Source: an uncultured bacterium | GTDB lineage: Bacteria; Lernaellota; Lernaellaia; Lernaellales; Lernaellaceae | Direction of reading: 5' to 3' | Length of the DNA: 10,814 nucleotides | Assembly (NCBI GenBank): GCA_964534375.1 | Contig: CAZHPN010000193.1 | Span: 1 to 10,814 of the forward strand | In this document: positions 1 through 7,187 of the stretch, in pieces | Layout: the number at the start of each line of letters is the position of its first letter | Position numbering within the stretch: the stretch's first letter is position 1 | The notes under the pieces: model-generated | Database searches by the model: none | What the model saw: only the letters and a program-made list of their open reading frames with translations | Told to the model about the DNA's origin: nothing | Program-made: the position numbers and the translations under genes

Positions 1-1989
1 CGACGCGCCGAAGCGATCCAGGCCGATCGATTCGCCCTCGTCGCCGACGTAACGGCTCCAACCCTGCGTCGCCGCCGCCTCGATCGACAGGCGCACCACG
101 GCGTGCGGCGGCAGCACCGAATCGCGATATTCGCGCGGCTGCGCGTCGAAGAGTTCCCAACTCGGCAACGAAACCACCCGCACCTTCGCCCCTTCTTCCG
201 CCAAGATCGCCTTCGCCGCGACCGCCAGCGACACCTCCGACCCGGTCGCGATCAAAATCAAATCCGGCGCGCCGTCCGGCGCGTCGGCCAGGATGTAGCC
301 GCCCCAGCGCAGTCCGGACGCCGGCGCGAAAATTTGCCGATCGAGCGTCGGCACGTTCTGCCGCGTCAGCGCCAGCGCCACCGGCCCGTCGGTCCGTTCG
401 ATCGCCACGCGCCAGGCCTCGACCGTTTCGTTGGCGTCGCACGGCCGGATCACCGTGAGGTTGGGGATTGCCCGCAGCGCGGCGAGGTGCTCGATCGGCT
501 GGTGCGTCGGGCCGTCTTCGCCCAGACCCACGCTGTCGTGCGTGAAAACATAGATGACATGCAGCCGCGACAACGCCGCCAGACGGATCGGCGGCCGCAT
601 GTAATCGGAGAACACCAAGAATGTGGCGCCGAACGGCAGCGCGCCGCCATGCGCGGCAATGCCGTTGAGGATGGCGCCCATCGCATGCTCGCGCACGCCA
701 AAGGCGATATTGCGCCCGGCCGGCCCCCAGCCGCCCGCAGCGGCCCCTTGTTTGTCGTCCGCGCGCATCGCCTCGCTTTCGAACTGGCCGAGGTCGATCA
801 GGCGGGTCTCCGTCGAGGGGTCCAGGTCCGCCGAGCCGCCGATCAACGTGGGCAGCTTCGCGGCGATCGCGTTGAGCGCCTTGCCCGACGCCACGCGGGT
901 TTTCTCCCCTTTTTCGCTCGGCGGAAAAACCGGCAGGTCGGCGTCCCAATCCGGCGGCAGTTCCCCGCCCCACGCCCGCCGCAACTCTTCGGCCGGCGCG
1001 GCGAAGCGTTTTTCGTAAGCGGCGAACAGTTGGCTCCACTGTTGTTCGATTTCCCGCCCGCGCGTTAACGAACCGCGGAAGTGCGCCAGCGCCTCGTCGG
1101 GCACAAAGAACGCCGGGGTCTTCGGCCAATGCAAGTTCGCCTTGGCGAGTTTTGTTTCTTCCTTGCCCAGCGGCGAACCGTGGGCGGCGAACGTGTCCTT
1201 GTGCGGCGCGCCGTAGCCCAGATGCGTGTTGACGACGATCAGCGACGGGCGGTCCGCCGCCTTCGCGTTCGCGATGGCCTCGCGGATCGCGGCCAAGTCG
1301 TTGCCGTCGGCGACGGTTTGCACGTGCCAGCGATAGGCCTCGAACCGTTTCGCGCGATCCTCGGTAAACGTGAGATTCGTCGAAGCCGCGAGCGTGACGT
1401 GGTTGTTGTCGTACAGGCAAATCAATTTCCCCAATTTCAGATGCCCGGCCAGCGACGCCGCCTCCGACGCGACGCCTTCCATTAAATCGCCGTCGCTGAC
1501 GATCGCGTACGTGTGATGATTGACGATTTCCAACCCCGGCCGATTGTACCGCGCCGCCAGAAACGCTTCGGTCAGCGCCAGGCCGACGGCGTTGGCGATG
1601 CCCTGTCCGAGCGGCCCCGTCGTGACCTCCACCCCCGGCGTGCGCCCGCGCTCCGGATGCCCGGGCGTACGGCTGCCCCATTGCCGAAACCGTTGGAGTT
1701 CCGTCAGCGGCAAGGCGTACCCCGTCAAATAAAGCAGGCTGTACAGCAGCATCGAGCCGTGTCCGGCGGAGAGCGCGAATCGGTCGCGGTCGGGCCATTC
1801 CGGATCGGCCGGATTGTGGCGCAGAAAATCCAGCCACAAGGCGTACGCCATCGGCGCCGCGCCCATGGGCAATCCCGGGTGGCCGCTATCTGCTTTCTCG
1901 ACGGCATCGACCGCCAAAAAGCGGATCGTGTTGACGCAAATCTCATCCAATTCTTCCGGGATAAAATCGGACATCTCTACCGCTTTCAT
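1..1989 (-). CDS. tkt: Transketolase (3' end truncated by window edge)
   Basis: Segments I translated by hand on the minus strand, in frame with ATG 1989: [63 protein letters not shown], ThDP motif [40 protein letters not shown], and LDRFGAS at the edge. RBS CAGGAG at 2000-1995. Probably missing from the ORF track because its stop lies outside the window. Confidence 0.97.
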   Translation of the reverse strand, partial: MKAVEMSDFIPEELDEICVNTIRFLAVDAVEKADSGHPGLPMGAAPMAYALWLDFLRHNPADPEWPDRDRFALSAGHGSMLLYSLLYLTGYALPLTELQRFRQWGSRTPGHPERGRTPGVEVTTGPLGQGIANAVGLALTEAFLAARYNRPGLEIVNHHTYAIVSDGDLMEGVASEAASLAGHLKLGKLICLYDNNHVTLAASTNLTFTEDRAKRFEAYRWHVQTVADGNDLAAIREAIANAKAADRPSLIVVNTHLGYGAPHKDTFAAHGSPLGKEETKLAKANLHWPKTPAFFVPDEALAHFRGSLTRGREIEQQWSQLFAAYEKRFAAPAEELRRAWGGELPPDWDADLPVFPPSEKGEKTRVASGKALNAIAAKLPTLIGGSADLDPSTETRLIDLGQFESEAMRADDKQGAAAGGWGPAGRNIAFGVREHAMGAILNGIAAHGGALPFGATFLVFSDYMRPPIRLAALSRLHVIYVFTHDSVGLGEDGPTHQPIEHLAALRAIPNLTVIRPCDANETVEAWRVAIERTDGPVALALTRQNVPTLDRQIFAPASGLRWGGYILADAPDGAPDLILIATGSEVSLAVAAKAILAEEGAKVRVVSLPSWELFDAQPREYRDSVLPPHAVVRLSIEAAATQGWSRYVGDEGESIGLDRFGAS

Positions 1990-2217
1990 CTTATCTCCTG
2001 TCTGGCAGGTTCGACCATCGGGAACGTCGAATGATCGCGGCGCGGGCCAGGGGACGGCGGGTCGGAATTTTTGGCCCTCGGCGCGGCTTGGAAGGGGCTT
2101 CCAGACCGAACGTGCATCCCGCTTCCAGCCCCGGCTGATCCTCGTGCGTTTTGGAGGCGCAAGAGCCGCCGGTCTCCACGGGAACCGTTGCTTCCGCTTC
2201 CCGGGAGAGCGCCAAGG

Positions 2218-2226
2218 AGCCTATCA
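2218..2226 (-). promoter_or_regulatory. Possible extended -10 promoter upstream of tkt
   Basis: Minus strand reads TG-A-TAGGCT (TGnTAnnnT). It would start a transcript near 2211, about 220 nt upstream of the tkt ATG. The -35 box is poor. Confidence 0.35.
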
Positions 2227-2324
2227 AATCGTCGGGCAATTTCGACCTTCCTTACGAATAAACTCCACCGCACGCCGGATTTCCCGGATTCCCGGTGACG
2301 ATTTTTCTCCGCGCGCCATCCGCC

Positions 2325-3260
2325 TTACGCCGCGCGACGTTTCGGCCGTTGCGTCGGGCCCGCCGGCGGCGGCGCGATGACGGCGCCGCTTCCTTCCATA
2401 TGCGTGCGCAAGAATTCGGCAAATGTCGTCAGGGTCGTGGTGTCGGCCATTCGCAACTCCGCCACGACCAAGCGGCCGTCTTCGCGCGCCGCATACGTCT
2501 CGACCACCGCCGCCGCCGCATTGTGGCTGTATCCCGCCTTCATCAGGGCGTCGATCGCGGCCTCGCGCGGAATTCGCGCAAACTCGATCTTCTTCCCCAA
2601 CAACACGGAAAACACGTAGGCGATGACTTCATAACTGAGATCCGCCGGCCCGTGAACGCCGCGGACGCGGCGGCCGTGCCGCTCCCGGTGCAACAATTCG
2701 TCCGCCGCCACTTCGCCGACATCTTGCGCCCCCACGTGCGGCATGGCCGTGTGCGGCGATATCGGCGCAAAAAAGCGGCCGGTCGCCTGCGCCGCCGCCA
2801 ATTCCGGCAAGTGCGTCTCGTAGAACATGCCCGGCCGCAGGTGGGTGATATTTTCGGCCGCGGCGTTGAGTTCTTCTTCGACGTCGTGCAGTCCCGCGAG
2901 CAACCCGGTGCGCGCGGCCGATTGCGCGCCGGCGCTGGACAAATTCACGACATGCGCAATTCGATTCGCCCGAATCGCGGCGGCCCCGATTCGGCCCTGC
3001 CGGCGTTGGCAGCCCCACACGTCGTCGCTGTCGCGTTTCAGCGGCGTCATCCAGAACAGCGCGTCGGCGCCCCGGGTCGCTTTCGTCACGAACTCTTCGT
3101 CTTCCAGGGATCCTTGCACGACCCGCGCGCCGGCCGCCGCCAACGACGCCGTTTTTCCCTGATCCCGCACTATCGCAGTTACGTCGGCGCCCGATTCCAA
3201 GAGACGCCGCGCTGCCGCCGAGCCGACCCGGCCCGCGGCGCCCGCCACCACAATGCCCAT
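2325..3260 (-). CDS. NmrA-family NAD(P)H-binding protein (atypical SDR), 311 aa
   Basis: N-terminal Rossmann motif MGIVVAGAAGRVG, then GARVVQGSLED, HVVNLSS, HLRPGMFYE and GPADLS. Start moved from 3458 to ATG 3260, where the Rossmann motif begins and a GGAG RBS lies just upstream. Confidence 0.88.
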   Translation of the reverse strand: MGIVVAGAAGRVGSAAARRLLESGADVTAIVRDQGKTASLAAAGARVVQGSLEDEEFVTKATRGADALFWMTPLKRDSDDVWGCQRRQGRIGAAAIRANRIAHVVNLSSAGAQSAARTGLLAGLHDVEEELNAAAENITHLRPGMFYETHLPELAAAQATGRFFAPISPHTAMPHVGAQDVGEVAADELLHRERHGRRVRGVHGPADLSYEVIAYVFSVLLGKKIEFARIPREAAIDALMKAGYSHNAAAAVVETYAAREDGRLVVAELRMADTTTLTTFAEFLRTHMEGSGAVIAPPPAGPTQRPKRRAA

Positions 3261-3415
3261 TGCTCCGCCCCTTTTCCGCGAAAATCCATTTTTCGCTCGC
3301 CCCCTGCATGTAATGACGATTCGGCGGAATGGCAAATTTGCACGGGCGTGCGTTGCGCCCGAGCGCCTGTCGATCCCGTCGGCGGACGCCTTGAGCGCGG
3401 ACGCCGCGCGCACAA

Positions 3416-3451
3416 GACCTATACGTCCTCTAGGTCCTATGCGTCCTATCG
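3416..3451. repeat. Degenerate 9-bp tandem repeat, 4 copies
   Basis: GACCTATAC GTCCTCTAG GTCCTATGC GTCCTATCG (consensus GTCCTATnn), in the intergenic region between the divergent NmrA-family and AKR genes. Confidence 0.75.
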
Positions 3452-3560
3452 GCGCCACAACCCTTTATCTGCGTTCTCTCGGAGCCCCGAAAATCGACGC
3501 GCCCATTGAAAACAGCGAACGCCGACGCATATTCGAAAATACCTGAAAGGGGAGTTCCGC

Positions 3561-4382
3561 ATGAACGTCGCGTCCGCCATCCGCCTCAACAACGGCGTCG
3601 AAATTCCGCGCCTGGGCCTGGGCGTCTTCCGCGCCGGCCAGGGCGCCGAAACCCGCCGCGCCGTCGCCGAGGCGCTGCGCGTCGGCTACCGCCATATCGA
3701 CACCGCCCGCGTGTACGGCAACGAACGCGACGTCGGCGCCGCCGTGCTCGCCGCCGACGTTCCGCGCCGCGAGGTGTTTGTCACGACCAAACTGTGGAAC
3801 GACGACCAGGGTTACGATTCCGCGCTGCGCGCCTGCGAGGCGAGCCTCGCCCGCCTGGGCCTGGACGTCATCGACCTGTATCTCATTCACTGGCCCGTGA
3901 CCGGCAAGCGCCTCGATTCCTGGCGCGCGCTGGAGCGGTTGCTCGCCGACGGCCGCGTACGCGCGATCGGCGTCAGCAACTTCATGACCGACCATCTGGA
4001 AGAATTGTTCGTTCACGCGAAGGTCGTGCCCGCCGTGAATCAAATTGAAATCAGCCCGTTTCACCAGCAGCGGGACGTGCGCGCCCTCTGCGCGAAGCAC
4101 GGCATTGCCGTCGAGGCGTACAGCCCGCTGACCCGCGGCCGCCGGCTCGGCCATCCGGCGCTCGGCGACGTCGCGCGCCGCGCCGGCCGCACGCCGGCGC
4201 AGACGCTGCTGCGCTGGGCGCTCCAACACGACCTGATCGTCATTCCGAAGTCGACCAATCCCGCGCGCATCGCCGAGAACGCGGCGCTCTTCGATTTCGA
4301 ACTGGGCGCCGCCGAAATGGCGCAATTGGACGCCCTGGAAGAAGGCCTCGCCACGGGGTGGGATCCGCGCGGCGAGCCGTGA
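3561..4382 (+). CDS. Aldo/keto reductase, 2,5-diketo-D-gluconate reductase-like (AKR5-type), 273 aa
   Basis: AKR catalytic tetrad motifs GYRHIDTA (Asp), VYGNE (Tyr), VFVTTKLW (Lys) and LYLIHWP (His), plus IGVSNF, NQIE, AYSPL and IPKS. RBS AAGGGGAG just upstream of ATG 3561. Confidence 0.95.
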   Translation: MNVASAIRLNNGVEIPRLGLGVFRAGQGAETRRAVAEALRVGYRHIDTARVYGNERDVGAAVLAADVPRREVFVTTKLWNDDQGYDSALRACEASLARLGLDVIDLYLIHWPVTGKRLDSWRALERLLADGRVRAIGVSNFMTDHLEELFVHAKVVPAVNQIEISPFHQQRDVRALCAKHGIAVEAYSPLTRGRRLGHPALGDVARRAGRTPAQTLLRWALQHDLIVIPKSTNPARIAENAALFDFELGAAEMAQLDALEEGLATGWDPRGEP

Positions 4383-4389
4383 GGCAACA

Positions 4390-6864
4390 TCACATCCAGC
4401 GCGGACTCGCCACGTGCGAGAAATCCCACAACTCGCGATGGCGGAAGATCGCGACGGCGAGCAGCACGGCGAAGAGCAACAGGATCGCGTACAGCGACCA
4501 GCGGCCGACCCGTGCGACGGCCGGCGCGTCAAAGAGGGCCGGCCGGGGCTGCCGCCACGGGCGGTAGAAAAGGGCCAGAAAGAGCGCGCTGAAGAGCACG
4601 CCCACGTTGATGGCCAGCAAGGGCCGGAAACCGGACGGCCGGAAGGAAAGCGTCACGTCGTGCTCGCCGGCCGGCGTCGCGAAACCGGAAAAGAGATAAT
4701 TCGTGCGATATCGCCGCGCCGGTTTGCCGTCAACGGCGGCCTGCCAGCCGGGGTAGTAGTTTTCGCGCACGACCAAAAACCCCGGCCCGTCGCTCTGCAC
4801 CCGCAGCCGCCGAAAATCCGGTTCGTCGCGGAGAATCTGGACGGAGCCCGCGGCCGGCTCCAGCGGCAGCGATCCGTCGCCGCCCTCGACGACCGCGGTC
4901 GTCGTATCGCCGCCAAGGGCGATCATGGCGGCGTAAGCCGCGTTGCCGTCGGCGACCCGCTTCACCCGGCGCGCCAGGCTGTAAATCGGCGCCGGGTCCG
5001 GAACCTCGAAAATCTGCACGTGGTCCGCCGTCGTGGCCTTGGGCAGATGGAAAGCCTGGTCGTGGCGCGTCAACACGTATTTGACGGACGCCTGCCGCAG
5101 CCAGTTCAGCGTCGGATTCGTGAACGCCTTGTCGTCGCGCGCGAAGATCAACGGAGAGTTGCACGCCATCGAGCGGACGCCGAACAGGGCCGGCGTGTCC
5201 TGCGGCAGATCCTCGAGGGAGTCGCGGAAGGAATCCGTGCCTTTCATCCAACCGCCCCGGCTGTTTCCCGAGATCGTGTCGAGCGGGTAAATTCGGTAGC
5301 CGTCGAGCCGTGGCAACAGGAAATCCAGTGTCGCTTGCGGCCGGTAATACGCCGGGTTGATCACCGGATTCTGCCGTTCGCCGGCGGCGGCCAGGTCGGC
5401 AAAGACAACCGCGCCGACAACGAACGTCAGCGCCGCACGAAGCAGCGGATTCGTGCCGCGACGCCACAGAAGCAGCAGCGATGCGACCACCAGGGCGGCG
5501 GCGAGGAAGCAGCGCAACACGAGGTCCGCGCGCAGGGCGACGCGCGCAGTTTCCACCGTGTTGTCGAGATGCGGCCCGGGCGCCGGGCCGGCGAAGGCGC
5601 CTCTGCCGAAGGCCGCGAGCGCGCCGCCCCCGGCGACCAGACACCAGGCGAGCGCGCCGCCCAGCAGCAACAAGGTCGCTTTTCGCCGGCTGACATCTTC
5701 GCCGCGGAGCCGATCGAATCCGGAGGCCGCCAGGAAAGCGAACGAGAGCGACATCGGCATGACGAAGCGCGTGGGAATGCGCATGCGATTGAGCAGCGGC
5801 ACGTGCTCGATGATTCCGGTGAACGGCCCGGCCACGCCGAGGATATAGAACAAACCGATCACCGCCACCAGCAAATGGGCGCGGTCGCGCCGGCCGCCGT
5901 GGCCCGCAAACGCGAGCGGTAAAAAGCACCAGACGGCCAGGCCCAGGTAAACGGCCACTTCCTGCTCGAAGACGTCCATCGCGCACGAGGTGAGGTCGCC
6001 CCGATGGCCGTGTTGCGCCGGACTGGCCAGCCGCGACAACGCGTCGGGCACGAGCGAAAGCATGTAGATGAAGGATTTTTCCATCCCCTCGTGACGATTC
6101 GATTGCGCCAGAATGTGCATCATGCCCGCCACGATCACGGACACCGCGGCCAGGGCGGTCAAGCCGATCGCCGCCGCGGCCACCGTGATCTCGGCGGCGA
6201 TCCGGGGTCGCCCGGACGCCCAACTTTCCGCCGCCAGCGTCATCGCGTAGATGCCGAACGCGACGACGGCCAGCGCGGGACCCTGCGGATGGCCCGTCAT
6301 GAACATGAGGCCAAGCACGACCGCCGCACCCAGAACCTCCGAAATCCGGCCTTTTTCCAGATAGCGATCGAAGATAAAAAATAGCCAGGGAAACAAGCAA
6401 AACGTCTCGAAAAACATGAAATGAACCAGGTGGTAGACCAGCGGCGCTCCGAAAATGTAAAGCATCGCCCCGAGCGCCGAGGCCGCGGCCGAATGGGATC
6501 GTTTCATATACAAATAGGCGCCGATCGCGCCGCCGAACGCGTGCAGCAGCGCCGAGACGTTCAGCGCGTACCAGGACGGCAACCACGTAAAGAGAAGATA
6601 ATTGATGGGATATAGCGGTCCCCACCAACCTTCGTCGAAGAGCGGAAAGCCGCCGCACAAATCCGGCGACCAAAGCGGGAAGCGGCCGTGCGCCACGTTG
6701 TTGAAGAAGAAGCCGCGGACGGGAACGACTTGGCCGCTGAGATCGAAATGAAACAAGACGCCGGCGAACGTCAGCACCTTCCAAAAAAAAACCGACACGG
6801 CGGCGATCAGCAAGACGATCGGCCCCTGCCGCATCAGCGCGTCGAGTCGCCGTTTGTCCGTCAT
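4390..6864 (-). CDS. YfhO-family polytopic membrane protein (putative GT-C glycosyltransferase), about 824 aa
   Basis: Many hydrophobic TM segments. Acidic residue after TM1 (FHFDL), then PLWSPDLCGGFPLF and LYPIN. Large extracytoplasmic C-terminal region with the YfhO-type ENYYPGWQAAVDGK...GEHDVTLSFRP motif, followed by terminal TMs. ATG 6864 is preferred over TTG 6891 because it has a GGAG RBS and a promoter sits at 6903-6931. Confidence 0.85.
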   Translation of the reverse strand: MTDKRRLDALMRQGPIVLLIAAVSVFFWKVLTFAGVLFHFDLSGQVVPVRGFFFNNVAHGRFPLWSPDLCGGFPLFDEGWWGPLYPINYLLFTWLPSWYALNVSALLHAFGGAIGAYLYMKRSHSAAASALGAMLYIFGAPLVYHLVHFMFFETFCLFPWLFFIFDRYLEKGRISEVLGAAVVLGLMFMTGHPQGPALAVVAFGIYAMTLAAESWASGRPRIAAEITVAAAAIGLTALAAVSVIVAGMMHILAQSNRHEGMEKSFIYMLSLVPDALSRLASPAQHGHRGDLTSCAMDVFEQEVAVYLGLAVWCFLPLAFAGHGGRRDRAHLLVAVIGLFYILGVAGPFTGIIEHVPLLNRMRIPTRFVMPMSLSFAFLAASGFDRLRGEDVSRRKATLLLLGGALAWCLVAGGGALAAFGRGAFAGPAPGPHLDNTVETARVALRADLVLRCFLAAALVVASLLLLWRRGTNPLLRAALTFVVGAVVFADLAAAGERQNPVINPAYYRPQATLDFLLPRLDGYRIYPLDTISGNSRGGWMKGTDSFRDSLEDLPQDTPALFGVRSMACNSPLIFARDDKAFTNPTLNWLRQASVKYVLTRHDQAFHLPKATTADHVQIFEVPDPAPIYSLARRVKRVADGNAAYAAMIALGGDTTTAVVEGGDGSLPLEPAAGSVQILRDEPDFRRLRVQSDGPGFLVVRENYYPGWQAAVDGKPARRYRTNYLFSGFATPAGEHDVTLSFRPSGFRPLLAINVGVLFSALFLALFYRPWRQPRPALFDAPAVARVGRWSLYAILLLFAVLLAVAIFRHRELWDFSHVASPRWM

Positions 6865-6902
6865 GATACGTTCGCTCCGTTTTCGCGCCAAAAAGTCGGC
6901 GA

Positions 6903-6931
6903 TTTATACTGCGATCGTGAGGGTTTGTCAC
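6903..6931 (-). promoter_or_regulatory. Putative sigma70 promoter for the YfhO-family gene
   Basis: Minus strand reads GTGACA (6931-6926), N17, TATAAA (6908-6903): 5/6 match to each consensus box with ideal spacing, about 40 nt upstream of ATG 6864. Confidence 0.6.
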
Positions 6932-7045
6932 GCTGCGATCCACGCCGGTTTGCAATGCGTCATTTATGGGTGATCCCCAGAGGGAGGAGGAGTTGATATG
7001 GGTCCAAGGTCGGACGTTCGGCCGACTGATCCACTGCGTCTTTCA

Positions 7046-7136
7046 GGGGTTGGCCCACGTGCGCCAGGATTGCGGGAGGGCGGGCTAGAGACGTGGCTGC
7101 TAGGACGGGGTTGGCCCACGTGCGCCAGGATTGCGG
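7046..7136. repeat. Two identical 30-bp direct repeats with a 31-bp spacer (CRISPR mini-array-like)
   Basis: GGGGTTGGCCCACGTGCGCCAGGATTGCGG at 7046-7075 and 7107-7136. Spacer 7076-7106 is GAGGGCGGGCTAGAGACGTGGCTGCTAGGAC. The repeat core TGGCCCACGTGCGCCA is a 16-bp palindrome with one mismatched pair. The repeat is certain; CRISPR identity is not. Confidence 0.9.
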
Positions 7137-7187
7137 AATGCTATTTTGCTCTGCTCGTCAGTTGCCCGTGCAAATAAACACGACCAT

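Noticed and set aside
103..2034. Plus-strand ORFs 103-1068, 1081-1485, 1513-2034 and smaller ones
   Set aside because: Antisense shadows of transketolase. They are Arg-rich with no motifs, as expected in high-GC DNA.
1995..2295. Cobalamin- or TPP-riboswitch-like fragments upstream of tkt (GGGAAUCCGGGAAAUCCGG, GAACCUGCC)
   Set aside because: Core elements are missing: no GCAACUGU/GCCACUG for cobalamin and no CUGAGA/CUGAU for TPP. Kept only as an unclassified structured leader.
2295..4532. ORFs 2295-3509 (+) and 3465-4532 (-), and the N-terminal extension of the NmrA-family ORF to 3458
   Set aside because: Shadows of the NmrA-family and AKR genes. The extension precedes the Rossmann motif and its RBS and runs through promoter-like and repeat DNA.
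6916..6932. CRP/FNR-like palindrome CGTGA-N7-TCACG over the YfhO-gene -35 box
   Set aside because: Spacing is 7 rather than the 6 required for CRP-family sites, and 5-bp arms arise easily by chance.
4414..6955. ORFs 4730-6955 (-, 741 aa) and 4414-5922 (+, 502 aa)
   Set aside because: Alternative or antisense frames of the YfhO-family gene, with Arg/Gly/Ala-biased, non-protein-like composition.
7046..7136. Formal CRISPR array call, integron attC site, or Tn3-type end (GGGG start)
   Set aside because: Only two repeats with no cas genes or clear leader. No paired RYYYAAC...GTTRRRY arms. The repeats are direct, not inverted, and no transposase is present.
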